This document shows, piece by piece, positions 30,601 through 37,328 of a stretch of DNA of 64,000 nucleotides. Under the pieces are notes generated by a model. The model saw nothing but the letters and a program-made list of their open reading frames with translations. It did not search any database and was not told where the DNA came from. How positions within the stretch are numbered: position 1 is the stretch's first letter; each line of letters opens with the position of its first letter. The DNA comes from Bacillota bacterium (lineage in GTDB: Bacteria; Bacillota; Clostridia; Christensenellales; DTU072): assembly GCA_009781445.1 (NCBI GenBank), contig WQYD01000001.1, positions 73,126-137,125 on the forward strand. Reading direction: 5' to 3'. Both the position numbers and the translations under genes were made by a program.

Positions 30601-31078
30601 CCATGGCGGTATAGTGGGCATGGGCGGTACGGTTTCGGGTTGCGTGCTTAACGGCGTTGTTACTATAACCCATATGTCTGTTAACGCCGATGCCAACCCC
30701 TCGCCGGTGCCTCAATTCGTGCGTGTGGGCAATTTCGCAGGCAGGGACGCAAGCGTTCAGAGTTCAGGCGGAACGGTTAACTTCCACGCTATCAGAATCT
30801 ACCATGCCTCAGGCACAGTCAGAACGCAAGGTTCCAACGGAACCTTCCTAATCGGTGGCGCCACGAACGATTCTGGCTTTAGAACCGCAATAATTAACGA
30901 ATTAACAAACTTCCAAAATATCGGTGGCACAGGCACAGGTTCAAACGCAAGAGACATTCGCACCACTGCCTCATTGCCGACTGGCGCAAGTGGTTGGGCG
31001 GGTCATCTAACAGAAGGCTGGTATAACGGACACAGATACACCGGATTCTTTAGGCAGATTGCGGTTCCCAACGCATAA
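18683..31078 (+). CDS. Giant (~4,131 aa) N-terminally anchored surface protein: InlB-B-repeat (Listeria-Bacteroides repeat) array plus C-terminal GLUG-motif region
   Basis: N-terminal TM (IGFLIVLAVAVIAIVSALLIM). Canonical repeats GYEFSHWSDG, GHRFTHWNV, FAGWEV, FEFKGWF, HVFIGWF. Dozens of divergent modules read G[YF]x[IV]xS[IV]x[IV]NG. At about 29200-30700 the G-[LIV]-x-G repeats (NVGGLVGF, GTGGIVGT, VVGGVIGL, GAGGIAGE, YAGGIVGV, FHGGIVGM) look like GLUG. ATG 18683 is preceded by AAGGTGAG. Confidence 0.8.
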   Translation: MSSRFTPNSKRYIGFLIVLAVAVIAIVSALLIMPVVLDYYNQQIPGYDANAIDPNRKDIEAIVLLNNGRIGVLADLSQVKVEIHYSNGEVETRSLTDLTVMGLNTSKPGEIDNVVLSFGGFTQTVPVVITPVTLRLTYVPAGPGGRVEGPAVQDVQSGENALTVRAVPDEGYEFSHWSDGRRTATRTDFGVSKSEDFTATFVKKRYLVIFRYPDGTSPREQWVFHGDPATMIPDIGRREMQLYGHRFTHWNVSNEEINSVTRDLIIIPSYERYATNVSLQITEGIEGLPLATGEIMPFYPKGVEADLRLLPNPYRTFAGWEVKDANNEWISLPMQTQNFGVVVSSVTAGGEHSRLALSFRTIIHSNGQYSVMFTTPGKQFGSSEPEPEMYIESLELRANLIYDTSELVFTSNNLPIHTNIISAGVPLIRLFSQTIVADPLVIFDAIKPNPVEGFEFKGWFMAGSEADASGNPRLITNATTFIRPTELIAHFEKLRYNLTFLNENSEVIRTVEFRYDDVLSAEGTFPNFTPAKENHVFIGWFVVGTNIVVNKEYRIHSNITAYPRFVVDRRDLTVQINGRGTASLSEDGGAFASVIGIRALDVTKPYLLRATADGGFVIAYYIIESSDGVRRVDIGATQHEIALPETGEIILSDYKITLFFRSAEHKLIIFNGSTPADSGLIEWQISENNTGHSENVNVEITVQDSASRNIWISAKTGYFIRSITVGGVPVSNLPQRAPRFTLVMEMITGEVVINVTYELIEFFSFIEQPAMIGGRHGGTITENTLNPYNVNKNPIFTIVANEGFFIKHIFINGINVNLFSPASQTNLSNIFIKGEQVELSTLFAGADERITSLRLEALNLVANFRITAEFAEIYYFVNVETVGVGSFSQTSAVAGFGQSVFITAYTTDDFYVHSYKIAEEFEVVLDFMSATETISVNGITNDITVRVEFRLRQFSVNFERAPNSFVSHGGGGRISLGSDGISYTFSPGQNVLLTVYALTGFYISSIEIAELGAPSGRLEFVLHNSTEHTLTINNLRKSYTVRVTASPLNFEVKLGFSGSVNAVSGDIPKTVLYGTEWEVVFLLEANRRILAESVEVRNFNNQLLPTTTIPEILGSILTTVSITPAGGGLRQFRVTVDRITEDVEIFIPIGYEEPIGDDMILTMGAKFGSIRVAYTNPDGSILNYFGSTSPSSGNEETGSGTVTMGSRITFYFSPQDINLFSLKYFTVNGVRVQPDHHTYTIENVRSSIHVYVVFEQDLFIIGITSLGRGVVSANKDAFEQNDANLELRIAPGAGQRLVSLFINDINYDSIVESTNQGVITHRLPSVILVANISVHAVFEPITLSFLITLVHPQDIIAGGIPHPDYTSGVLSQRAYGDGYRIPLEAIDGYHIESIIVDGRSVDSRMLDQFVMDGRTYRITYGILSGIVYENTNIVVTFAPNRYSVSLIQTQGGRTQVALEDGAPTSNSDLQVLANGRLLLMMQANLGWHISKVFINYGAGEVELPDSEWKADDVNPNNNALVNRWLSGIDARIVIRVVYAINVYSVSYTISNSSPNFRNIDTNASDFGLFEIFGLPRFSESSDRLTGVYRNISYGQNLRFVARPVILRGYHVSLFRINWIDPELGHQSETRTFSATNQMIYNGVRADLVIEIEFTRDLFEFSAGAIPQAFGSPFAFNGSVSIALTNPMNGAPAEAVGGKQEFGIAYNVVLNAGTGYTLSALFVNGADRTSTVRQNRVSAEIRSDLNLEAFFRISTYTITLNANQGEDGETTLYLDSTKVLERVYENGEWIMKWAGGDADRIVTASGFVERIGNSATQVRASHNANLRLQADPDSANGYRTENFSINGIGLQLTDSQRNQRYQHNFIATSAVPFSITYRMRTFEVTLVYSQQALSAGIQGGSYSVDFGGTVVIENVITEYGYYLSPGDIRVSVNNGIILPNLEFFGAWAGLGFDIRNVESAVRIEFLHRRTAYNISFDGDYKSEHSVQAGAKANAISGAVLTSSGSTTGRWFTEVSASHPITQNSVSWNGSVIYGSDISGSHRGAWFGDSLNIYLIPVTGYEISSVSVIIRNAFGQGDSVVVSATYATIGGDQRISYDTANRYYVIPVIGGVSGNIEVAVTYRVKTYDVTVLPISGGEISFFGDIQTSDSGQLFIQHHARFNIVVRAQYGRHLSLLTVNGARVASVYSIIDPSFVYEYHTFDLAGLLEPYISEAFLHELSTLTIQAQFGFNSFDVEFSVNGNRGGDSTLQPFVPNSTIAFNVNGTPNRVTQTPSEGYRITAISITNALGDILYTPSADEISATFINLFASGKLIDLLDFHSQTNRTVFISYTTQIISYTSHFETWLYREGLAPVSTPFADIFTLTAEFGGNQSASGLSHNYFTPVTLTFAFTNQEAYDNYYFAGFMEEIEGVWVYVRGGLNGINLPMADGTMLTYTVSRQFVANSQSGVLTNRKFRAVVFQVYNVDIEVHPEYKFAMGSFANNTIRYTQYSNVAVRASYNAGSAPDITDGLNSELINLINSDININGRYSYRVLSGARLNISAQDSYTGSNRSDANPSLYFVEYKNDLISNSQTLIPNRLDAGTIVGGVNRGITGDSLIHVYFANTMNFSFRLESVGAVANPGEGGTVSVNGSSVSASQRVMVNTVATITVQARDNYRFDDILFHEFLPNAGADGFRRPTNNWISLSQMPNWERYVRFEYHYEDGTSSSGDKDPIANKIVNRVVITVFASENMEFTVRFWKRISVQSSVVLFSDNEGNLPWEGNKPHFTESPANGNYDFDSEIAFRLPYLELVQTSTWDVRYQFVGYTVNGINTFRHLGGGFPQPQEYTALLRLTDQGAFAIPIASLDGKFVVDVKAVFVPILNITLENSYPNPHYDSNPQFDAYFNPGMIQLAVPNYTMSWLGYLPLRRSVSAQTQPVTNLLDRHNNTAFSFQVPSRINRLDPNVTSSLSPYNIWNDNVLTLSWLDVNGPEAGKYSTIFWEYYEPNQDGTGGEWKRLPGLSTRPSYTITVSELLKLSYFNRANESAFYEEDLPMWNSANSYIGAGSFATLRLRARFNRVERIDVVPWSALSQSGVYIEGADGPTPQITENGRSWGNFDFNSTITVRPVPNGLRFDYWTVFNPSTQTYEEVTYDGAITGSHFYRIDRVSNVLTVRMAESYLFAPRYTRIYNATITAQNLSANSDSIFHRNYTPGILFFGFGKTMELSNWNLNAPPQPQASVSRQIEVGDWVCFKLDNPHSESTFGSKVHGTIAGTYTRFLSVYYLNEANQRVTINPHPSYNHSDIYQQVFVVQVTQRMTVYFEFKSFTSIEITNLYHGDGSNQKSVLFLPERLRTATGLSEQINVSGTSVLIENVPIERDSAPSNYSGTFINKLNGMFTGFSGSQTIEFRGGYGLFLSEVPALSARTYGFFAFGSVSEASAISRRAYPFQDSHLTQAGMGTPQSPFRISSVSHLDSMEFIYTINNRTFSTTGGASGRMHFILTASFTLSPSGALFQSRGLFCDSVEAGGDGFNGVFMGNNQTLTLGAMSANALTNDRGVGIFARLGANGQIRDLVIQRSATNISLGGNNNVGLLVARAVGTSGNIASISNIRIGDTVGIIQGNGSNVGGLVGFAEHCTITGVQVTNVTVRNSSTAGFGTGGIVGTLSTGARLVDSFKTILSTAQNVESQGSHVGGAVGRTTGTAGEAMLRVTVNYFTSNNSTGASIGTLSSSVVGGVIGLNGVGRTISQVYATGSFTINSRASTGITGNSAPTMTQNAEGNLTTVFGAGGIAGENRGTITYAGLGISLGFGQTWNTSNEGTNGLHTVRINSNYAGGIVGVNRANARLEYSNTGNHRFFTNFGGLTSVGGAYGAHVAINQGTVIYAHTVSAYNNQIIETTADSGAYTTGALPNDYLFTLVRSLPMGGNNGTWYPFYNVVPNSSNRGTHVAHTQETGAIYFGGVAGFNSGGLVSNSSIRGKLQISRTSGSNGTNYTFHGGIVGMGGTVSGCVLNGVVTITHMSVNADANPSPVPQFVRVGNFAGRDASVQSSGGTVNFHAIRIYHASGTVRTQGSNGTFLIGGATNDSGFRTAIINELTNFQNIGGTGTGSNARDIRTTASLPTGASGWAGHLTEGWYNGHRYTGFFRQIAVPNA

Positions 31079-31095
31079 GTCCTTGCGAGGTTGAA

Positions 31096-31593
31096 ATGAA
31101 ATTATATCACGGTAGCAATATGATTGTTAATGCGCCAGAAATAAGAAAGCCCGCGCATTCGCTTGATTTTGGCGGAGGCTTTTATACCACGCATAATTTT
31201 GAGCAGGCATCGGAATTTGCCAAAAAGGTGGTTCTGCGTGCGGATAAACTTGGGCTTCCAATCGGTACACCTATAGTTTGCGAATATGAGTTTGATTTAA
31301 AAACCGCCGAGAAAACGCTTAAAATCCTAAAGTTTGAAAAGCCCGATGCAAAGTGGCTGGAGTTTGTGGTAAAAAACCGCAAGTCAGCTAATTTGCAAGA
31401 TAATTACGATTTAATTATCGGGCCTGTGGCTAATGACGATGTGTATGAAACAATTAGGTATTTTGAGCGCGGGGTATACGATATTTCTGCAACCATTAAG
31501 AAGCTAAAGGTTAAGAGGCTTTTCTCACAAACGCTTTTTAAAACAGACTTGGCACTTGCGCTACTTAAGTTTGTTAAAAGCACGATAGTTTAA
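31096..31593 (+). CDS. DUF3990-like protein
   Basis: MKLYHGSNM...DFGGGFYTT...QA N-terminal signature as I recall for DUF3990. About 165 aa. Followed by two small DUF3791-like ORFs, the usual partner arrangement. Confidence 0.6.
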   Translation: MKLYHGSNMIVNAPEIRKPAHSLDFGGGFYTTHNFEQASEFAKKVVLRADKLGLPIGTPIVCEYEFDLKTAEKTLKILKFEKPDAKWLEFVVKNRKSANLQDNYDLIIGPVANDDVYETIRYFERGVYDISATIKKLKVKRLFSQTLFKTDLALALLKFVKSTIV

Positions 31594-31605
31594 GGAAGAA
31601 TAAAT

Positions 31606-31845
31606 ATGAGCATAAAAGAAGTGCCGATACCTTTGGATTTAATAAGCACCGAACTAATTCAGCTTTTAATAGAGGAGCGCGGACTTTCGCAAGAAAAAGC
31701 CATAGAAACGCTTTATAATTCAAAGCTGTACTTTTTGATTGAGGACGCGGAAACAGGGGTTTGGCATTACAGCACCACAATGCTGTTTGCAATCCTTTGC
31801 GAGGAAATAGACACAGGGCATTTAACCCTGCCCGAGGAACAATAG
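31606..31845 (+). CDS. Small helical protein, DUF3791-like (divergent)
   Basis: 79 aa, tightly packed between the DUF3990-like and DUF3791-like ORFs. Weak resemblance to the downstream paralog. Confidence 0.45.
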   Translation: MSIKEVPIPLDLISTELIQLLIEERGLSQEKAIETLYNSKLYFLIEDAETGVWHYSTTMLFAILCEEIDTGHLTLPEEQ

Positions 31846-31846
31846 C

Positions 31847-32053
31847 ATGACTAAGGAACTAAGGTATTTAATTTTTGCCATAGAGGAACATAAAAAAGCG
31901 TACAATCTCAGCGGAAAAGAGGTTTACGAGGTTTTTACGAAATATGATTTCTTTTCTTACATTGTGGAACTTTATGAATTGCTTCACATTCAAGGGCAAC
32001 AGTATTTGTTTAATGAGCTTGAAAAATACCGAGTGGGGCAAACCGCGCGGTAA
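31847..32053 (+). CDS. DUF3791-like protein
   Basis: 68 aa. LIFAIEEHKKAYNLSGKEVYEVF...YELLHIQGQQYL fits my recollection of the DUF3791 pattern (Y-x-x-LH-x-Q). Confidence 0.55.
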   Translation: MTKELRYLIFAIEEHKKAYNLSGKEVYEVFTKYDFFSYIVELYELLHIQGQQYLFNELEKYRVGQTAR

Positions 32054-32135
32054 TCAAATTTCGCCGTGGCAAGAACTAAGGCAAAACAACAAATATTTTT
32101 CAAAATAATTTTTTAAAAATAATATATAAAAATAA

Positions 32136-32164
32136 TTGACACCCCCCCTTATAACTGATATTAT
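32136..32164 (+). promoter_or_regulatory. Candidate sigma-70-type promoter for potABCD
   Basis: TTGACA (32136-32141), 17-nt spacer, TATTAT (32159-32164). Confidence 0.6.
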
Positions 32165-32242
32165 CGTATCATAATTATCGTGCGCGCATATACGCGCGCC
32201 GCGCGTGCAAGTCGCGAAAATTAAAAATCCTTAAAGGGAGGT

Positions 32243-33745
32243 TTGGTTTTGGTGGCAGAACAGCAAAAGAAGCACAGGGTTGCAAGAAAGCAATCAGATA
32301 ATATTATTGAAATCCGTAATGTATCCAAAAGTTACGGAACTAAGCCGGTGGTAAAGAATATCAGCCTCAATATTAAGAGGGGTGAGTTCGTTACACTTTT
32401 AGGCCCTTCGGGCTGTGGCAAAACCACCACGCTAAGAATGATAGCAGGGCTTGAACTGCCCACGGCAGGCAAGATTTTTATCGGCGGTAAGGAAGTAACC
32501 GAAATCCCCCCCCACAAACGCCCCGTTAACACAGTTTTCCAAAAGTACGCACTATTTCCGCATTTAAATGTTTTTAAAAACATTGCTTTCGGCTTAAAAC
32601 TTAAAAAGATTTTGGGTGAAGTTGTTACCGATAAAAAGGGCGTTTCTTATCAAACTTTCAGAAAGTACACAAAGCAAGAAATTGAAAAAAAAGTAAATGA
32701 CGCTTTAAAAATGGTTGATCTTGAGGACTACGGGCATAGGCATGTTAACAGCCTTTCAGGCGGACAGCAACAGCGCGTTGCCATTGCACGCGCGCTTGTG
32801 AATGAACCTGAAGTTCTTCTTCTTGACGAACCGCTTGGCGCGCTTGATTTAAAAATGCGCAAAGATATGCAACTTGAGCTTAAAAATATGCATAAGCAAA
32901 TAGGCATAACTTTTGTGTATGTAACGCATGATCAAGAGGAAGCCCTAACCATGTCGGACACCATTGTTATCATGCGGGACGGTGAAATTCAGCAAATTGC
33001 TTCGCCCCAAAAGGTTTATGACGAACCTGCAAATGCTTTCGTGGCAGACTTTATCGGTGAATCAAATATCTTTAGCGGTGTAATGCTAAAAGATTTAAAA
33101 GTTGAGTTTATGGATACCGTTTTTGAGTGTGTGGATACCGGATTCAAGAAAAATGAACCTGTGGATGTTTTAATCCGCCCCGAAGATATTTATATTTTAC
33201 CAAGTGATAGCCCCAAAGCGCATATCCATGCAAAGGTTGCATCATCCGTCTTTAAAGGCGATCATTATGAAAACGCCTGCATGGTGGGTGAATATGAAAT
33301 CTTGGTTCATGATAATGTTCAGTGCGATATCGGCGAAGAAGTGGGGCTTTATATAAAACCCTCTGATTTGCATATTATGAGGAAATCACGCATAATTAAC
33401 GAGATTGACACAGAAATGTGGGATAACAATATTGTGGAAATTTGCGAGGGCAAATTCCCCTGCAATGCAGATTTCCCCTCAGGCACAAAAGTTAAAGTTA
33501 AAATTGATTTTGACGATTTAGTGATTCATGATGACGAGGAAGACGGGATTATCGGCGGTGTAGTAGTTTCAAGCATTTACAAGGGTAGCTATTATCAATG
33601 CGTGGTGCGTGCGGATAATTACTACAGCTTTTTTATAGACACAGATGACGATTGGCTGAAAGGCGATCGCGTGGGCTTATCCGTTTCAAAAGATAAGATT
33701 ATTGTGGAAAGGTTGGCGGAGGCTGATAATGAACAAGGCGGTTAA
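32243..33745 (+). CDS. potA: Spermidine/putrescine-type ABC importer ATPase with extended C-terminal regulatory region
   Basis: GPSGCGKTT, VNTVFQKYALFPHLNV, LSGGQQQRVAIARAL, LLLDEPLGALD. About 500 aa versus about 370 typical. The C-terminus looks like two TOBE-like beta modules. The start is uncertain (TTG 32243/32249 or GTG 32252 after GGGAGG). Confidence 0.8.
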   Translation: MVLVAEQQKKHRVARKQSDNIIEIRNVSKSYGTKPVVKNISLNIKRGEFVTLLGPSGCGKTTTLRMIAGLELPTAGKIFIGGKEVTEIPPHKRPVNTVFQKYALFPHLNVFKNIAFGLKLKKILGEVVTDKKGVSYQTFRKYTKQEIEKKVNDALKMVDLEDYGHRHVNSLSGGQQQRVAIARALVNEPEVLLLDEPLGALDLKMRKDMQLELKNMHKQIGITFVYVTHDQEEALTMSDTIVIMRDGEIQQIASPQKVYDEPANAFVADFIGESNIFSGVMLKDLKVEFMDTVFECVDTGFKKNEPVDVLIRPEDIYILPSDSPKAHIHAKVASSVFKGDHYENACMVGEYEILVHDNVQCDIGEEVGLYIKPSDLHIMRKSRIINEIDTEMWDNNIVEICEGKFPCNADFPSGTKVKVKIDFDDLVIHDDEEDGIIGGVVVSSIYKGSYYQCVVRADNYYSFFIDTDDDWLKGDRVGLSVSKDKIIVERLAEADNEQGG

Positions 33746-34550
33746 CTTTTTTAACTCACAATTTAAGAAAGTTAAGAACTTTAGGATAACGCGCAAAGTG
33801 TTTTCCTATCCGTATATCCTGTTCATGTTGCTTTTTGTGGTTATACCCCTTGTAATGATTCTTGCCAACGCATTTATGGCAGGCGGTAGCTTCACATTTC
33901 AAAATTTTGCCGATTTCTTTTCAAGCCCGAGCGGTTTGCTTGTGCTTCTTGAATCCATGCTTGTGGGGCTTTTTACGGTGGTAATCTGCCTTGCAATCGG
34001 CTTTCCTGTGGCATATTTTATTGCAAAATACACCAAATCAGGCACTCTCGTTTTGCTGTTCATTTTGCCCATGTGGGTTAATTTCCTTATCAGGACGCTT
34101 TCCACAAAGGCATTATTTGATCTTATGGGAATTCAGCTTGGGCTTGGCACGGTGATATTCGGCATGGTTTATAACTTTTTGCCTTTCATGATTTTGCCTA
34201 TTCACACCACGCTTACCAACCTTGATAAGCACTTCGCCGAGGCGGCGGGGGATTTGGGCGCAAGCGAAATGCAGGTATTTTTAAAGGTTATCGTTCCGCT
34301 TTCCTTGCCGGGGGTGGTTAGCGGTATAACCATGGTGTTTATCCCCACAATTTCCACATTTGCAATAAGTTCGCTTTTATCTAACGGCATGGTGTTCTTA
34401 TTCGGTGATTCTATTTACACAAAATTCAACCAAGGGCTTTACGGTGTGGGCAGTGTAATGAGTTTGATTATGTTTGCTTTTGTTCTTGTGTCTAATATGT
34501 TTATGAACAAGTTTAACAAAGCGCAAACGGCAGGGAGGCAACTATGGTAA
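33729..34550 (+). CDS. potB: ABC polyamine-type permease
   Basis: Six-TM binding-protein-dependent permease with an EAA-loop-like AEAAGDLGASEMQVFLKVIVP. ATG 33729 follows GGCGGAGG. Confidence 0.8.
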   Translation: MNKAVNFFNSQFKKVKNFRITRKVFSYPYILFMLLFVVIPLVMILANAFMAGGSFTFQNFADFFSSPSGLLVLLESMLVGLFTVVICLAIGFPVAYFIAKYTKSGTLVLLFILPMWVNFLIRTLSTKALFDLMGIQLGLGTVIFGMVYNFLPFMILPIHTTLTNLDKHFAEAAGDLGASEMQVFLKVIVPLSLPGVVSGITMVFIPTISTFAISSLLSNGMVFLFGDSIYTKFNQGLYGVGSVMSLIMFAFVLVSNMFMNKFNKAQTAGRQLW

Positions 34551-35386
34551 AAAAAGTGCTTGCTAACTGCTATCTTTATGTGATTCTTGCTTTAATGTAC
34601 TTGCCGATTATGGTGGTAATTGTGTTCAGCTTTTCAAATTCCACGCTGTTCCGCTTCCCTAACGGCTTCACCCTTGGTGCGTACCAATCCATATTCACAA
34701 GCCCCAATACCCCTGCGCTAATGTCTGCGCTTAAGAACACATTTTTAATTGCAATAATAGCTTCCGTTGTTGCCACACTGCTTGGCACAATTTCGGCAAT
34801 AGGCATTTTTAACTTAAAAAGGCGGGTTCGCAGGGTGGTGGAAAGTGTGAACCAAATGCCTATCATAAATTCCGAAATCGTAATGGCGGTATCCCTAATG
34901 GTGTTCTTTGCGCTACCGTTCCTTTCTTTTATGAACGGATATGTAAAATTGATTATCGCGCATATCACATTTTGCACCCCTTATGTTATCCTTTCCGTAA
35001 TGCCCCGCCTTATGCAAATGGATCCCAATATTTACGAAGCCGCCCTTGATCTTGGCGCAAGCCAAACCAAGGCACTTTTTAAGGTTATTATTCCCATGCT
35101 TGTCCCGGGGATAATATCAGGATTCGTAATGGCTTTCACATTATCAATAGACGATTTTATTATAACGCAGTTAAACAAAACTGAGGGAATCCAAACCCTT
35201 TCCACCTATCTTTATGAGGACGCGCGCATAAAATCCCTATCACCCTTTTGGTTTGCGGTTTTCTCAATAATGTTTGTGGTGGTTCTGTTTATCCTGCTTT
35301 CCATAAACTTCTATAATGCTAAAAAACTTGGAAACGAACCTAAGAACAAGGTTAAGCACACAGTGCGAAACCCTTCGGGAAGATAA
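34544..35386 (+). CDS. potC: ABC polyamine-type permease
   Basis: EAA loop YEAALDLGASQTKALFKVIIP. Overlaps the potB stop. Confidence 0.8.
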   Translation: MVKKVLANCYLYVILALMYLPIMVVIVFSFSNSTLFRFPNGFTLGAYQSIFTSPNTPALMSALKNTFLIAIIASVVATLLGTISAIGIFNLKRRVRRVVESVNQMPIINSEIVMAVSLMVFFALPFLSFMNGYVKLIIAHITFCTPYVILSVMPRLMQMDPNIYEAALDLGASQTKALFKVIIPMLVPGIISGFVMAFTLSIDDFIITQLNKTEGIQTLSTYLYEDARIKSLSPFWFAVFSIMFVVVLFILLSINFYNAKKLGNEPKNKVKHTVRNPSGR

Positions 35387-35533
35387 GGGAAACGAGAAAC
35401 GAGAAACGAGAAACGAGAAACACGGCGGAATCTAAATCTCATTATGAAACGAGAAACGAGAAACGAGAAACATGGTGGAATCTAAATCTCATTGTATATT
35501 AAATCCATAATTCTGAATTCTTAATTCTAAATT
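35387..35533 (+). repeat. Palindromic heptamer-array element, copy D (duplicated left half)
   Basis: (GAAACGA)x5 plus truncated core GGCGGAATCTAAATCTCATTAT (35424-35445), then (GAAACGA)x3-4 plus core 35474-35512 and an AATTCTG-type array. Starts 1 nt after the potC stop. Confidence 0.9.
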
Positions 35534-35556
35534 AAACAAAAAAAGGAGTAATAAAA

Positions 35557-37308
35557 ATGTTCAAAAAAATCTTCGCAATTTTAATTATTGCAACCATGCT
35601 TGCAGGCGGTATCTTTATGCTTGCGTCTTGTTCAGACAGTGGCGACAAACTTGTAGTGTACAACTGGGCGGATTATATCTACAGCGAAAGGGAACTCAAG
35701 AGGGATTTTGAAGCGTATTATCTTCAGCGGTTTGGCAAACGAATAACCGTGGAATATAACACTTACGAAACCAATGAGGAACTTTTAACCAAAATGGAAA
35801 AAGGCGGTACACGAATTGATATTGCTTGCCCGAGTGAGTACGGCGTGCAAAGGCTTATTCAGGACGGAAGGCTTCAACAGATTGATTTTTCACAGCTTGC
35901 ACTTGACGAAGACGAAATGCATTATAAGGCTATCATGCCCGCCATAACCAATAGGATTAACGCCACATTCGCGGATAATGATTTTGATATGTTTGACTAT
36001 ATGACGCCTTATATGTGGGGAACGCTTGGCATTCTTTATAACGCAGACGCTATTAAGAATTTAACCGAAGAGGAAGAACTTGGTTGGAAACTGCTTTGGA
36101 ACGCAACAGGCAGAAGCAACCTTAATAAAAAGATTCTAATGAAGGACAGCGTTCGTGACGCTTATGCCGTGGCAGTGTTTTACGCAAAAGAAATCGGCAG
36201 GCTTAACGGCACAAAATATGAAAATCTTTCACCCGCACAGCTTATTAACACGGTAAGTGATGAACTTCTTGATATTGTGGAAAAAGTTTGGAAAGAACAA
36301 AGCAATGTTGTTTTCGGTTACGAAGTTGATCTTGGTAAGGACGAAATGCAACGCGGTTCTGCGTTCGTAAACCTTGCTTGGAGCGGTGATGCGCTTTATG
36401 CAATGAGTTTAAACGATAAACTTGATTACCTTATTCCTGATAACACAAACCTTTGGTTTGACGGTTGGGTTATCCCCAAAGATTCAGGCAATTCTCACGC
36501 CGCCCACGCGTTTATTAACTTCTTGAATAAGCCCGATATCGCCATGAAGAATATGGAAGAAATCGGTTACACAAGCGCAGTAGCCGTGGATACTTTAGAG
36601 GCTTACCTCACCACAGGCAATAACCTCACAAAGCACTTTGAGGATCGCGAGGAAATGGAAGATTTCTTTAATTTATTTATCCGCTATCCTCTTAATGAAG
36701 GCGGTGAATTTGCAGAGGGCTACGCAGTTATGATGGATTTCTCGCCCGAATTCCGCGAAAAAGTGCTACTTAGGTGGCAAAGCGTTAAGCCAAGGCAACT
36801 TAATACCCTTGCCATTGTTCTTGGCAGTGTGGGTGGTGCATTGGCACTTGGAATAGTGTTATTTATCCTTATTAAAAAATTCGGCGGTAAAAAGAAGAGG
36901 ATAATAGTTTCCCCCATAGATCCCGATTCAGACGACAACGATTTAGTACCCAATGACGATGAAACCTATGAAGAGTTCTTGGCAAATATTGGTGACGCGG
37001 TGGAAGTTACAGATTCCGATTTAGCCGAAAGCGAAGACAACAGCGCAAATAACGATTCAGAACCAATGGCAACAACAGATACGGCTGACGCAGTTGAAAT
37101 CGTAATTGAATCCGAAGTAGCAGAAACGGCAGAAGTAGCAGAAACGGCAGAAGTAGCCAAGCCAAAGGCAGTAGCCCCCAAAGCAACAACCCCAAAAACC
37201 ACAACCGCCAAAACCACTGCCCCCAAAGCAACCGCACCCAAGGCAACTGCCCCCAAAGCGGTAGCACCTAAAGCCACCGCCCCAAAGGCAACCCCTAAAG
37301 CAAAATAA
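35557..37308 (+). CDS. potD: Polyamine-binding lipoprotein (PotD-like) with an extra C-terminal TM helix and repeat-rich tail
   Basis: Lipobox LASC. KLVVYNWADYI is typical of the PotD family. TM LAIVLGSVGGALALGIVLFILI is followed by KKFGGKKKR, an acidic stretch, (AETAEV)x2-3 and (APKAT)-type repeats. Confidence 0.8.
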   Translation: MFKKIFAILIIATMLAGGIFMLASCSDSGDKLVVYNWADYIYSERELKRDFEAYYLQRFGKRITVEYNTYETNEELLTKMEKGGTRIDIACPSEYGVQRLIQDGRLQQIDFSQLALDEDEMHYKAIMPAITNRINATFADNDFDMFDYMTPYMWGTLGILYNADAIKNLTEEEELGWKLLWNATGRSNLNKKILMKDSVRDAYAVAVFYAKEIGRLNGTKYENLSPAQLINTVSDELLDIVEKVWKEQSNVVFGYEVDLGKDEMQRGSAFVNLAWSGDALYAMSLNDKLDYLIPDNTNLWFDGWVIPKDSGNSHAAHAFINFLNKPDIAMKNMEEIGYTSAVAVDTLEAYLTTGNNLTKHFEDREEMEDFFNLFIRYPLNEGGEFAEGYAVMMDFSPEFREKVLLRWQSVKPRQLNTLAIVLGSVGGALALGIVLFILIKKFGGKKKRIIVSPIDPDSDDNDLVPNDDETYEEFLANIGDAVEVTDSDLAESEDNSANNDSEPMATTDTADAVEIVIESEVAETAEVAETAEVAKPKAVAPKATTPKTTTAKTTAPKATAPKATAPKAVAPKATAPKATPKAK

Positions 37309-37328
37309 TTAAAACTAAACCAATTTGT

